A stretch of 63,260 nt of DNA, the filler included, from Atractiella rhizophila (Eukaryota), in assembly GCA_021432655.1 (NCBI GenBank). It is 5 parts of 4 records of this genome, joined end to end, with 100 filler letters (N's around TTAATTAATTAA, not from the genome) between each part and the next. Parts side by side here need not be neighbours in the genome. Positions count along the whole stretch, not along the records: positions 1 to 30,020 come from MU271714.1; positions 30,121 to 47,169 come from MU271715.1; 3 more parts are not named here. One strand, written 5' to 3'. The notes under the pieces are model-generated. The model was not told where the DNA came from. It saw only the letters and a program-made list of their open reading frames with translations, and searched no databases. The position numbers were made by a program, and so were the translations under genes. This document shows, in pieces, positions 23,628-37,058 of this stretch. Position 1 is the stretch's first letter, and every line of letters starts with the position of its first letter.

Positions 23628-24817
23628 CTACAACTTCATCTTCTCCCTGCCTTTAGCACCATAGTCCCAATACCCCAACGGTGGAGGCGGTCTGGGAAGT
23701 CTGGCTGGCGGAAATCTTGTTGTCCAGACCTTTGGCTCCCCTACATGTGTTGTCCAGACCTTTGGTTCCCCTACATGCTTCACACTCTTGTCTACATTCA
23801 GCTCGTCCTCTTCCCCTTCACTCCCTCCACTGCTAGCACTGCTCGTATTTGCTAAAGACGGCAGGAGAGTTTGTTGAGTTCGCAAGAGCTCCATTTCCAT
23901 CCGTAAATCGTGGGCCAGGTGTCGAAATGACTCTAGTTCCTCCCGAATTGCAATGGCATCCTCATCTCGACACCCTTTCAGCAGCGACATCTCCTCGCGA
24001 AGAGTTCGGATTTCGTCTTGAAGAGAGTGTACAGACGTTTCGTACTGTTTGCCGAGGCTGAGGCGGGAGGATCGTTCGATGGATAACTCCATGGAAAGAG
24101 AAGAAAGAGATTGGCGATGTCTGCGGAGCAATGTCGAGAGCTTGTTGTAGATACACGAACGGAGGTGAACAGACAGCTCGTCCATGGTGTCCGTGGCAAT
24201 GGGTTTTGGTGACGGAGGCGGGGAGGTAGATGTCGAGGCATCGCTCCTTTCTTCTCGCTCGCTCTGAGGCGGAATAGCAGGCGGCGAAGGAGATGATGAC
24301 CAATTGCAACCTTCCCGCCACCACTTGCATCTCGTCCCCTTCAAGCCTCGTTCCGGCGCAGCCACACCATCGTCTTCCGTCTCCTCAGCCCCTTCTTTAG
24401 AAACAAAGCACCCACCCTCTACATGTTGCTTCAAGTCTCCTCTCCTCCCGGTCCAGTGACACTCATCTCTCAAACATTCCACCTCCAAATCATCCAGCAT
24501 GCCGCGCACCAAAGTTGGGGCAGGAGTAACAGTCTCTTCCAGGAACAATTTCCGATCGATGGGACACTTCAAAAATGCACCTTCTTCTTCAGCGGTTGTG
24601 CATAGTTTCTCGAGGCAAAAGCTGCAGAATATGTGCAAACATGGAAGCATTGTTGGTTCGACCATTGGATCTCTACAAATGTCATCAGCTGGGAACGGAA
24701 ATCACATCAAAAAACGCACCGGCATATTGGGCATTCAAGGTTTTGTGGCGGAGCGGAGGTGTAAACATAGGCGCCAGGATGTGAGAGTGCCAACAACAAC
24801 GAGGCGGAATCCGTCAT
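23628..24817 (-). CDS. RING-finger (C3HC4) / TRAF-zinc-finger coiled-coil protein, putative E3 ligase
   Basis: First exon MTDSAS..QNLECPIC|RDPMVEPTMLPCLHIFCSFCL..CPIDR, then VEC..CHWTGRRGDLKQHVEGGC and a coiled coil. Confidence 0.85.
23719..23778. repeat. 30-bp tandem duplication inside the RING gene (HVGEPKVWTT x2)
   Basis: gttgtccagacctttgg(c/t)tcccctacatg occurs twice in tandem. Confidence 0.9.
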
Positions 24818-25143
24818 GGTGGATGGGTTTTGCTGCAGGACACGTCCGAACCCTAACCTAATTACCGATGCGTTTTGTTCTTTACTGCGCTAAACATTGA
24901 CAATACTACAACCTTATTGCTTATCCACTATTTCGAGTCAACAGGTGTCGGGTGATGTTAGTTGTCAAATTATTGTGCTCTTTCAGACAGCACGATCCCA
25001 CAGCATCTCGTCACACCGGTAGCACCCTAATCTATAGTAGCAACGGTTCAGGCCTTACTCTGAAATTCTGAGGTGCCAGCTAAGTTTGCCTTGAAATTGC
25101 ATCTCGCCGTTGCTCACACAATGACCACGCGGCTAGTCTAAAC

Positions 25144-26537
25144 TCAAGAAGTCGGAGCGATAGAAGAGATCTCCCAGCTCCGAACAACGCCTTCCTCTCC
25201 ACCAGCAGCAATCATCGACCCATCCCTGCTCCAATCTGCACACAACAGCTTCTTCCCCCCAGCCTGTCCCTTGCCGCCTGTTCCGACTGTGTACAAGCTT
25301 TGTTTGCTGGACCGTAGGTCCCACACTCGAAGTTTGCCATCATACGAGGCGGAGAGAAACATTGTCGTAGAATTCGGTTGAGCGCGCACTGTGGCTACGG
25401 GAGAAGATGATGGCAGGAGGATGGATGGCGTCGTTGTGGAAGACCTGATGTCCCACGCTGCTATCGGGCCTTCAAACCCTCCAGAGAGGAGAACTGATGA
25501 TCCGGGCATTTGATCGAGGTCAAGAATGACTTGATTCCATTTCTAAATTTCATACGTGAATTTCGCCGGACGACTGTAAGGATGGAAAGAGACTCACCCG
25601 AACGAAGAGCTCTGAGCCACTCTCCAACTCGTACCCACGGATCGACCAATCCCACCCAGCGCTGTAAATCAATCCCTCGTCACGCTCGTCAAAGATAGCC
25701 CGACTTATACGGACGTTGCCGCTCTTCCACTTCGTGAGAGGCTCGAGAACTTGAAGCGAAGTTGAGGTCCCATTGGAACTGGCAGTGCGGCGTTTCTTCG
25801 TTGGGGGAGCGGAAATAGATGGGCCGGACGAGATCTGGTAGCAAGATAGGTGTCCTGAGTTGTCACCAGTTACTATTTGGGTCTTGGAGGAGCGGATGGT
25901 CGAGATATGATGGGTGTGAGGAAGGGTATGTGTTTCGGTTAGGGAGGAGCAGTTGGTATCCGTCTGACACAAGTATAAGCGTTAGTTTGTCCGAGGAGAA
26001 TGTCGGGAATCGTACCTTGTATATCCTCACATTGCAATCTATTCCCCCAGCAGCAAGTTGTGCCTCTCCTTGGTTTGGGTCTCCAATCCAACAAGTCGAC
26101 AGAACTGCTTTCTTTCCTAGCAAAGACGTTTTCTCCTCCTGGTTCAACGAAGCATTATTCAAAGCAACCTCTCCCCCATAGTTTGCGCTCAAGATCCATC
26201 CATCCCTCCTGCAGCTAATATCCGAAATCCAATCCTCGAAAGTCCACTCGTTCCTTTTCTCTGGCGGTAAAACGCTAGGCAAAAACTCGATCTCAAGCAC
26301 ATCTTCAAAACCAAGCGCGTTTTTCTTCAAATATTCCTCGATCGTTCCGCTCAGAAGCTCGTTCGTAGACGGCAGGACAAAGTCGAAGGGGACAGGTTCA
26401 GGGGACGAGACGAGCTTGTTGATGAGCTCGGATAGATGAAATCGTCGCCAGTCAACTGGTATGAGATATGTCGAGTCCGGTATAGAATACAAGGGGGACT
26501 TAGAGACCAAGCGAGCTCGCACGGAGGCAGCAGACAT
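25144..26537 (-). CDS. YTM1: Ribosome biogenesis WD40 protein Ytm1/WDR12
   Basis: NLE-like N-terminus (IPVDWRRFHLSELINKL..PVPFDF..EDVLEIEF), DWISDI and WD repeats (FLSASYDGKLRVWDLRS, KLLCADW, AGGEEG). Confidence 0.9.
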
Positions 26538-27389
26538 CTTGAACGAGTTCGCCAAAAATTTGGGAACGGGAAAGGATTAGATGCAGGATTAGAGCTTAAA
26601 CTCTAGTGCAGCATTTTTCCAGAACTCAGTCATTGCACTTCCTCCTTCACTAATTTGTTTTGGACTGATTTTCAAAATTTTTCTTCGCCACTTTACCAAC
26701 TTGGATACCCACTGTCGTGCTCGAAGTAATGCTGGACGCAAGGTTTGAGCGTGAATATTGCCTGTGCCATTCGACCGCTGTGTCCTACTGCGTTCATTAG
26801 GTTGCTTCAAAATCTTTGTCTCTACGATTGCGAAGAAACGCACGGCGCCTCCTCTCTGAACTCCAGAAAGGGAACTATTAAGCAGCGCTATTAAACGCCA
26901 ATTGTCTTCTCTCTGATCGTCATTTACATGAACAGGAAACACATGCTGACAAAGATGACGATAGAAATGAAACTATAGGGACAGGAAAGAGGAGTCTGGG
27001 TTACAACAAGGGACTAGAGGCCCTTCTTGTGCTGTACATCTCCACTTGGCCCGTCTGCTCAGCAGACGACTCGTACGGATTTCCCATAAAATTTCAATGA
27101 AGCGTTTTTATTGCTTGTGAACGGCGTGGTACGAAGTCCTTGTGAACGACTTTGCGGTGGCAGCATGTGCGGTAGCTGGTGCGTCCAAGATGTAAGATGC
27201 AATCACATGCGCAGCTAAACAGCGGAAATATCACATTCAGATCAGATGATTATCCTACAGGCATTGTCACAAGAACGGGCATGTTTCGCGAAAACAGTCA
27301 ATGCAATCAGTTTCTTTGACTGATCCTTCAAAAGCGACCAGAATTCGGTGAGGTATTCATTAGTGTTTCTGAAGTTCATCCCACAGTAA

Positions 27390-28480
27390 TTAAGCCAACG
27401 TCTTTCCGAATCGTTCGAATAGCTCCTCAGCCACTTGCTCAATCAGCTCCCTCTTTCGCAATCCATCGAGCCACTCTTGGGGTATCTGTTCTACTCCATA
27501 GAAAGCGCCAGCCAATCCACCAAACACACATCCAATGGTATCGGCGTCGTCGCCTGAGTTTAACTTTAGACATTGAGATGTGGTACATAATAGAACGCAT
27601 ACCCAGATTGACAGCCTTGATGGCTCCATCCCGGAAGGAATCAGTTGTGAAGAAAGCCCAAAGTGCCGCAATAAGAGTATCGAAAATGTATCCCGTCGAT
27701 TTGACCCTCTCTCTAGGCCAATTTTCCCACTCCATCCCTTTCACAACTTCGACCAGCTCTGCATCGTCAACGCCTGGAGCAACCTCAAAAGATCTGAGGA
27801 CATTCTTGAGATCATCCTTGCTCCGCCCAAGCATTGCACCTTGGACGATCAAGCTATACAATGCGCACAATTCACCATTCAAGCTGTAAGGATGAGTCGT
27901 CCTGCTGCTCTCCCTTGCGTAGTGCTCCACCTCGCTGCAACTTCGATTCCAGTATGCGGCACCGATAGGAGAGCAGCGCATCAAGCTCCCATTTCCAGCG
28001 TAGTTTTCCTGATCCAATTTTTCCCTAACCCGTTCCAAGGCATCCTCGAATTGACCACCGTTCCTTAATACACTCGAGTACGTTAATAAGGCGAGCCGTG
28101 TGGAAACCCCAATATCGAAACAGCCTGGAGGGTCAGTGGAAGTTAGATAGCCTTCTTTCCACCATTTGACGTAGTTGGAGACTTGGGAAGAGAGGGAGAA
28201 TCCGTCAGTTGAGGACGAGGATGAGAGGGAACTGGAGAGGCAGAGCGTTTGAGACGTGTCGTCGGTCCAGTGCCCTGCAGACAGCTTGAAGTGTCGGATC
28301 GGAAGCAAAGTAGTCACTAGGGAATTGAGCGGAATACGAGGGCCGAATTCGAGAGGAGCTCCTACATGCTCATGAAATTCTCACAGATGAGTGTCACAGA
28401 TTGGACTCACCGAGAGCATCTGCCACTGCACATCCGAAATGTAATCCTAAGAAGCGAGAATGCAGTGTATTCTGTGTCAT
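27390..28480 (-). CDS. ADP-ribosylglycohydrolase (ARH/DraG family)
   Basis: AVADAL|GAPLEF, GHWTDDTSQ, CFDIG, AGNGSLMR, SRTTHP, AVNLG|DDADT..GGLAGAFYGVEQIPQEW. Confidence 0.93.
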
Positions 28481-29522
28481 GGCTCCCCCATCCATTGATC
28501 TGCCAAATTTGAAAACTGTCACTCAGGAATTCAGAGCTTTGGGCATCTCAGACCTAGCGAACGAGGATAAACGTAGAGCACGATCACCGCTTCGACGACA
28601 TCAGGAGTTTCCGCTTACCTAACGCAGAAAGCCGTGGAACTGCAAGAACAATTGCAGCGCGTCGTCTTTACTCTACCATGAATGGTTGGTCCGCAGGAGC
28701 AAAAGCGGAGCCGCGACGTCCGCGACTCTGATCCAAGAGTTCGATTCGACGCGCCACCATCTATTCAACTCTGCTACATCCACCTCTCTTCCTTCCTGTC
28801 GATTGTCCGTTCAGACTGTATTTTGGTGTTGAAACTGCCTAGAGGCAGACTCGGACTGCAGCGTGTGGTGCACTTTTAAGTTCCTTCAGTTCAGTTAACG
28901 GTTGATTGAAGAATTTCACCACCTAGTTGAGATTGTTCACAATGCTGTCTTTCTGAGCATCACCAAATCTGAATATAGAGCTGACAGCCAACTAAGCAGG
29001 AACCAATCAAGACAGACAAACACATCATTATAAAATTTTGCATCAGTTGCATACGAAAGAGTGCTGAACATAGATAAAAGCCACCACAACGGCAACGAAG
29101 TGTCGTTGCCCTGAAGAAAAGTGCAGAGCTATAAAAATCCACATCGTCAGAATGCAAAAAGCTTTTTGTCCAACAGCGTGCTCCAGACGGTGGCCATGGT
29201 TGTGACCTTTATCGTGCCTCGCAATTTTTTCGCGCTTCAGTTCGATACGGGATTCGCCTTCTGCAACTGACACAGCCACTCTCCCAGAGCACCTCTCTTG
29301 TCTTCCACCTCCATCTCCTAAACCCTGTCCATGTTGTATGTTGTGCTGACTGAAAGACCGAAGACCAAAGTTTGTGACCATCAGGATGGGATGTCTTCGC
29401 AGTTTCGAGAATGGCACATCGTTTTTTGGTAGAAAACAGCAAATGAGTGCATCAGGTCTGAAAGAGGTTTGTATTATCAGCTCGAATACGACGTTATCAA
29501 TTCACTTTTCATTATCACGCGG

Positions 29523-30020
29523 TTACGACTTCCTCAATGTAAAACGTTCGCCATCAGTGCCGTCCTGAGGTTTTAATCCATCTATCCAGTCCACAGATAA
29601 CTGACGGACAATCCCTCTTACACGAACTTCTTCGTCTTGCGTCCATTCTGCGAAGAAAAGTTGGAGATCGAGATCACGCCGATAAGGTTTACTAGAGGAA
29701 AAAAAGCGAGGAATGAAGTCAAGGAACTTGCTAAACGTGAAGAGGCAATAGTGCAAGTCAAGTCCCCGTAGTTGTGTGGTGCTAAGGGGGAGAAAGAAGT
29801 TCTCCGACAAGATATTGCAATTTTCATGTCCTCCATCAATCTTCAGCCACGTAAGTTGACAGCCGGATAGCATCAGAGGTTTTCTGAAAACAACTTGCGT
29901 TATATCAAAGCCTGAATTGAGTCCATAGCAGATGTAGAATGAGTTGAGAGCTTGTAGCTGTTGAGCTGAGAGTGGAGAGAGTGCGGCATGAGGATAGATG
30001 TCTAGCCTCCCTGTCTGCAC
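29523..30020 (-). CDS. Hypothetical protein fragment (possibly an LRR-like C-terminus), truncated by gap
   Basis: 165-aa ORF running into the N gap, with LxxLxI/L spacing (LTWLKI, LRGLDL). Confidence 0.35.
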   Translation of the reverse strand: MQTGRLDIYPHAALSPLSAQQLQALNSFYICYGLNSGFDITQVVFRKPLMLSGCQLTWLKIDGGHENCNILSENFFLPLSTTQLRGLDLHYCLFTFSKFLDFIPRFFSSSKPYRRDLDLQLFFAEWTQDEEVRVRGIVRQLSVDWIDGLKPQDGTDGERFTLRKS

Positions 30021-30120
30021 NNNNNNNNNNNNNNNNNNNNNNNNNNNNNNNNNNNNNNNNNNNNTTAATTAATTAANNNNNNNNNNNNNNNNNNNNNNNN
30101 NNNNNNNNNNNNNNNNNNNN
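30021..30120. other. Artificial contig-join spacer (N run with TTAATTAATTAA). The same spacer occurs at 47170-47269, 56753-56852 and 60842-60941
   Basis: Identical 100-nt N/all-frame-stop linker. Confidence 0.95.
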
Positions 30121-30809
30121 TGACGTCGTACCCCCGACATTATACGTTGGAACCTCGACAGGACACATCCTCACTTTCGCCAGCGATGGAAGGCTAGAGA
30201 ATGCTTGGAATGTGGCAGAGCTTATGCATGTTGGGTCAGGGATATCTGGTGGGAGCGGAGGAAAAGGTGTCAGTCGACTGAAAGTGGTTAAGGAGATCGG
30301 AATTGTTGTCATACTGAGCGGTGAGTCTCTTTCGTTAGCACTCTAGGTTAGAGGAACAGTCAGCTTCATTTTATCTACCCAACTGGGTTTTCGTGATTGC
30401 AATCAGGCGTACTCCTTATTGCCCTTTCTGGGACACAATTGTGACGTTGTATATCCCCTTTTGCCAAAGTTAACAGCCGCACCGGTTGCTTGTGTGTTGA
30501 ATACACTGACTTTTTTGCAATTTGGCCTCGGCACAAGGTCGTCGAAAGGGCCCCACTGAACACTTATTGTCACACTATTTCGTCCTTCGTTTGGCTGTTG
30601 GGACACATTCCTCACGCCGGCCTAACGCAGTTCAATGAATTAGAAGATGGACTGCTGCAGTTTAGTCAAGCTTCTTCTTCATAGCGATAGCGGGTAAAGA
30701 CCAAATTTACACCCTTGCAAATACCATATGTCTGCTCGTTTGGTTCTAAAGTCTGAACATCGTAGGTGATGGAGAGGATTCAAGGGAGCCGTGGCAGAGA
30801 AGGAGAGAA

Positions 30810-33800
30810 ATGGCTGCGTTCTTACTCGTTCGGCTCAGAAGACCAATCCTTTCGCCCTTTCGGTGATGCTTGCTGCCAGAGCACACTGCCTAGATTCCTT
30901 CATCCCAGCCAATTTCAGCTATGGCAGGAGCTCTGAGGAGAGTTCCCATAACTCACCAACAGTACGGACAATGCGATTGGGATAGATATTTTCTATTCGC
31001 GGTAGCGATGATTCGTACAGTCTGAAGAGGTTACTGAAGCCTAAACTTGTTTCTTTCAAAAAATCGTTGCACTCTACGACATTTCATTTGCTCTCCGCCT
31101 GACATCAAATGCTAACCGTCCACTAGGCGGAATTCTTTCCTTTCACTCCTTGTCAGACTTCTCCTTACTCCCCGCCTCGACATTTCCAACTTTTCGGAAT
31201 GTGCAAACCTTCGCCTTCGATGATTCCGAGTTGTACAACGCGACGTTAGTCAAGGACAAACAAGCAGCTGAAGGGATGAGCTTCGCACTCTGCATAATTA
31301 GGAAGAAGAGGGTGTGGTACGGTCGTATGGCTATTGAGGGACTTCGACCTATGCTTCCTGATGTACGAATTCTGGTCATTGAGCGACCAGCCGTAGCTGT
31401 AGCTGAGAAGGAAAATAGGAGGTCTCGATACCACAGGAGGGCTTTCTGTGTCGCTTGACGCTCTCGACAGTCTGTCTGGCTGATACAGACAGCTATGGCC
31501 TGCTCGAGCTTTCGAGCGGCACATTTACAGCTCTCATGCCGGTTTCATCGATCCCGTCTGGCACGCCACAACGACCGTGCATAGCTGTGGTCATCCCTGG
31601 ACAAGAAGAAGACGAGGACGGAGACGCAGCATTTCTGATGGCCACTCATAACGCCGAGAGCGGAACTTTGGGCATGTTCATGAATGAAAATGGCGAACCA
31701 TGTCGAGGTACGATGGAATGGGAAAGCAACACTATTGCTGTCAGTACGTATTCTTCCATCCCATCTCATAACTCAACGAGTCGTAATTGATGGCCCCCCA
31801 AAGCTGTCGATGCTCAATACGTCGTTTCCTTACTCAAGAATTCCACTCTTCAAATCCATCGCTTATCAAACCAAAGGCTCTCGCAAACTCTTCCAATAGC
31901 GGCAGATGTGAAACCGCGATCTATCGCGCACACTTACACGCCACTCTATATCCCTACACCGCAGTCCCAAAACACGCCACGTCCCTCTTCCACCGTCGGC
32001 TCACCAAAATCACCACCCACACCACCTCTTTCCCCACCTCCATCCGCGATGAGTGCAATGTACCCGTCACGGCCACCATCTTCCACTTCCTCCTCTCGAC
32101 GGCCAATGATTGAAGAACCGCTCAGGCCAGTCAGATTCCTTCTATCGCCTATGATCCCTCGTTCCTCTCCTGGACCACGATCTCAGACGTCATCACCTTT
32201 ACCATCGCGTTCTAGGAGACGGGGACACCAACGCCCTCTTTCTGTTGCTTCTGCCTCATCCCTGACTACGACTTTCACACTTGGCGGTGTTGCGAAACTA
32301 GGAGGTGGAGGGATGGCTAAAACTTTTGTCATTGGGAAAGATACAGTGTGGGCAGTTTGGAGAATGGGACTCGTCGGTAGGGTTGAAGAAATGATGGGAA
32401 CGGGGAAGATGGACGAAGCCGTGGAATTGTTGGAGCGCGAGGGTGATGATTCGCCCGAAGAGGTAAGCTGATGTCGTCTCTTTCCGCACAGCAGCTTACA
32501 GATAAACCAGGCGACGGAGAAAAGTTTCCTTTACCAAAGAGCCCTCTGGTTTTATCTTCTCCAGACTGAGTTCGTGAAAGCCAGCAAACTTCTGATGAAG
32601 TCAAAAGTCGACCCTAGGCTTATAATCCGCCTCTTTCCCGACATGGTCGGCGGCTTATTACAAAACGGAGAAGAGACTGATGTTTATGCTGGCATCGTTC
32701 CTGTTATCGCTGAAACCGGAAGCATCGAGGATATAGGTGCGATTTTTTATGACATAGGGGTGGTGGTTGCTAACAGTGTATACAACCCCAGTCGTTGGCA
32801 ATCTACAAAAGAATTATGCTCCACACATCAAACCTGATGTTGAGTCCGCACCAGCCACATCAGAGCTGAAGGGCGCATTGATGACCAACGCTGCCAACAT
32901 GCTGAGCGGTTACCTCCAGCAATGGAGGAGTCGGCGACGACGGAAAGATGCCCGTATAGTTGAAGGGTATACGCAAGAGCAGCTCAAGTCGATTGATGAG
33001 GTCTGTCATCATCCCATACTCACTCTTGATTTCTGACTGTTGCGAAACTCACAGTTGGTTGATACTACTCTCGCCAAACTTTACATCGACGGCAAGTTGG
33101 ATGAAGATCTTCATCAGCTGCTTCGCACGTCAAATGACTGTATCCTCTCTGAGCTCGACACCTTCTTAAAGGACTGGGGACGATATAACTTGCTATCGGA
33201 CATCTATCTCCGAGAAGGTGAAATTGCCAAGGTTTTGGAGCTTTGGACAAGGTAAGCTTCACAAATCTGTGATACAAACAAGTCGCTAATGCAGCTGCAG
33301 ACTCCTGGATGGGGTGTGGCGCGATCCAGAATTTGATAAGCAGCCCGAAGACGTCTGTGCTCTCACGTTGAGCACTGACGATTCGAGTTTAATTTGGAAG
33401 TACGCGTTCTGGCTGATGGATAAAGACGAGCAACTATGCCTGAATGTGCGCGGGTTCCCTCTCGTTTTCTGGCTCTGACTCTGGTGCATAGGTTTTCCAA
33501 GACACGAATAAAATGGCACTTTTCAAAACTCGGGATATCTACAACGAGATGAAAGCACGAAATGCGAGCGTAGCGTCGAAATTTCTGGAGTTTCAAATTT
33601 TCCAACCAGACCATCATGTACGTCTCCTCATTGATGCACACGTGCCATATTGAGAGGCCTTGTTAGGACCCTGAACTGCATAATGCGTTGTTGGATCAAT
33701 ACCTGACCGTACTACACAAATTTCTCCAAGAGGATTCCATTACCCAACTGAACAAAACTTTGGGTACTCTTTTCACTTATTACTTATGCCTTTTCTGATT

Positions 33801-34767
33801 CCTTGGCAGCTGCCCAATACACCATCGAGGCATCCTCCCCACCTTCTACATTTTCTGCCTTTCTGCTTCGCGAGGCCTCGAAGCCTAGATCGGCTGAAGG
33901 GTCAAGCTCCTCCTCCACTATTGAATCATACCTAAACGTCCGATTGAAATTTCTGCTTCTCCTCTCTCAAAGTAGCGACTACGATGTTAATAAAGTCCGA
34001 TCCGAACTGGAGCAAGAAATTTTTTCGAGTTTGCTGGTCGAAAGGTCCATCGTCTATGGCAAGGTTTGTATTTCTATCTTCACTTCGATTGGGCTGACCA
34101 AGATCACGTTAGTTGTCCATGGATCCCCAAGCGCTTCGGCTCCTTATCTCCCACCCTCTTCGCGATGTAGTCTCCGCAGAAACATACTGCATCCAACTAG
34201 GCGATCCAATATTACACCAAGATGCGGCCGCGACCGCAAAGCATTTGAGTCTCCCGGTCCCGAATAAAAGGAAAGGAAAGACAGGTCTCAAAGCAGACGC
34301 GAAGAGGAACTTTATGTTGAAGAACTTGGTCAAGATTATGCTTGATGACCAAGATCAAGAGGGGGACGATGAGAAAGAAGGCCTGAGTGAGGGGATGATT
34401 GGCATCGTCGATCGCCAAGGGGTACGATTGGATACGCTCGAGGTTCGCATCGTTCCTCTCACTTCTCCTCCACACTGTGCTAATGGCAAGGATACAGGTG
34501 CTTTCAACAATCCCATCTTCCACACCCCTCAATCCACTACTTTCTTTCTTCTCCCGCTCCATCCGTCGCTCCTTACATGAGAGGCAAGAAGCCTCCCTCC
34601 TGAAATCTCTAGCAATGTTTCAGAATTTAGAGGCAACTGAGAAGTTGTATCAGGAGCAGGAGACTTTTGGACCACAGCGGGTGGAGTCACTCGATGTATC
34701 AGAGACAGGCGAGGCAGGCACCGGAGGGTATGACGGAGAGAAAATCGCAGTGGTGAAGATTCTCTAG
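30810..34767 (+). CDS. Vps39/Vps3 (TGFBRAP1-like) vacuolar tethering protein
   Basis: CNH-like N-terminal part (VCLADTDSYGLL, GMFMNENGEPCRGTMEW), VDPRLIIRLFP, LQKNYAPHIKPD, VDTTLAKLY, KVLELW and LRDVVSAETYC. Many introns. Start uncertain. Confidence 0.8.
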
Positions 34768-34949
34768 GAAGGATATCCGCTTATTATTTGGAATATGTCG
34801 TTCGTTTTGTTCGTTTGATCCATGAAACCATGCCGGAAGTCGCATCCTAACTTATTGCAATATACCACCATGTCCTCGTTTCAAACATTATATCATTAAA
34901 TGGAGCGTACGCGTGAGGTCTACTGTCATTGTACTTGAGTAATCAAGCT

Positions 34950-36263
34950 CTATGCACTTCGAGCCTTCTTTTTCTTACCTCCCTCGCCCTCTACTGCCTT
35001 CTTCCGCTTCCGTTTCTCCTCCTTTTCTGTTCCCAATCCCTGATCTTCCCCATTCCTGGTGTCGGAAACCTGCATTACAGCCTTTGCCTCTTTCTCCCTC
35101 CTCTTCCGTTCCCTCCGCTCTTCCTTCGACTCCGCCACCCCTGCCTCTTTCATCAACGCATCCGAGACAGATGCTCTACGGTTCGCATCCAATTTAGCCT
35201 TAGCCTCCTTCGCTGCCTTTCGTCGTACCCTCCTCTCTTCCTTCGTTTCCTCCTTGCCCCCCTTGCTGCCTTCACCAGGATTCTCGGATGATGGTGCGGG
35301 CCGAGTGTCTGACAATGGGAGTGGATCCTTCTTCGACTTCTTGGATGATTTTGAGGATTTTGAAGACTTAGATGAGGTGCGGATGAGCAGCGAAGGGTCT
35401 TCGTTCGACAACTTGAGCGGAGCGAAGGCTTTCTCTCGTTTCCGTATCGTCGTGACGCTGGAGAGGGAGTTGGAGGAGGAGAAGGTTTGTTGCCTTGTGA
35501 TGGATGGAACGGCGTCAATGTCCTTCTCCTTCTCCTTCTTTTCTTTCGCATTCTTCGGCGCCTTCCTTTCCTCCCCCTCCATATCGGTCTCATCTTTCCG
35601 CCTTCTCTTCTTTCCGCCTCCTTCCTCTCCTTCCGTAGGCTTCCTCCTCTTTTCCTTCCCTCTATCCTTCTCCTCGTCAGCTTCTCCACCAGCGACAACA
35701 GCGGCAGTATCGTCCCTTCCTTTCAACGTCGTTCCACGTATAAATTGAGCATAGAGCATCCGACGCGCCGCCTCCCTCTTCGCCATACCCAACAGATCCT
35801 GCTTTCCTTTCTGTTCTTGCTTCTCAGAAGGAGATTGGGACTCGGAGGCAGGGTTGGGTGGAGGGAGGGGGGATATGATGCCAGTCCGCGTTCTGTGAAG
35901 CTTCAATAAGGGCAAAGTCAGCAAATTGTCCTTAAGCTAGAGAGACGAAAAATCACCTGAGATGGCCCAGCGTTGTTGTTGGAGTTAGAGGCTGCATTGG
36001 TGGAAGTTGACGGTACAGCTAGTTTGGAATTGACGGAAGAATAGATTGAGTCCCACCACTGAAATGCTTCGTCTCTTCAAAATGTTGTCAGAATCCACTT
36101 CTCTACGACCGTAGGAACAATGGACTTGCCTGTTCTTCCCAATCCCACCTTGGTCCCTCTTCTTAACACCCACCAGAGCTTTCTTCAGCGAATCCTTCCG
36201 AAAACCATGGGAGGTGCCTTGCCAGCCTTGCGATTGGAGGTAGGCAGATGGTGAGAAGGTCAT
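34950..36263 (-). CDS. TMA23: G-patch-like, K/E-rich nucleolar protein (Tma23-like)
   Basis: MTFSPSAYLQSQGWQG..L..KKRDQGGIG..|DEAFQWWDSIY, then AKREAARRMLYAQFIRG and a long lysine-rich tail. Confidence 0.7.
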
Positions 36264-37058
36264 CACCACCACGTCGGACGCACCTGAAGGAATTAGGCCA
36301 CTGCAGGTTCGCGTGATTAGCGTGATACTAGTAGAAATTTTGTGGCAAGATCGTGACTCACAATGCTCTGTTTGAACAACGGCGAACTGCTAAAGGCATT
36401 AACGACTGGCTTGATTGAGGAAGGAGTATTGATTACTTTGTAGGATACTTGACCAACGGTGTGCTATCTGCTCTGTTTTACTGATGTGACGACGCGCAGA
36501 ACCTGCTTGTTCAACTATAGAAATTATGATGGCAGCCTTTTAGTTGCAAGTTGGGAAGCACCACGCAGACCTTAAAGCTTTTGCTCATGGTTTTCCTAGC
36601 TATCTATTGGTCTTAAAATCAATACAAGTAACTTTGGCGTGAAGAGTACCTAGTGAAGCTATTTACCATCGTGTAGCTCTCAAATTGAACGACTATTCAG
36701 GTTTGCAAGACGGCTACACTCTGATCACTTCCAATAGCAAAGCAATTCATTGTGTTCGGGTTGTGGCCTGTTGCATTATTGGCACGAAGTCTATGCTTGA
36801 GCGCCATGCATGTCATGGCGTGCGCCAATTTGACGCCTAGTATGTTGTGAAAGTGTTAGACTACGTGAAGTTTTAAGTTGAGGCAGAGCAAAGTGCTGCT
36901 TACAAAAATGCACTTTCGTACAGCATCCAATTGTATTACCTGGCTTGAGAAATGACGTTCCTTATCATAAAGAGGAAAAGTACAATTCCAACTAGGGAAC
37001 GTTGTGGTTGAAACTTGTCGAAAAGGCAAAAATACAACTTCCCGCCCGTATATTGCAA

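Noticed and set aside
26589..26942. 117-aa ORF upstream of YTM1
   Set aside because: Non-ATG start, no recognisable motif and no splice support.
1..28480. Sirtuin plus ADP-ribosylglycohydrolase as a writer/eraser cluster
   Set aside because: They are 27 kb apart with unrelated housekeeping genes between them. No evidence of linkage.
35059..35909. Long plus-strand ORFs rich in S/F/L
   Set aside because: Antisense shadows of the low-complexity K/E-rich TMA23-like gene.
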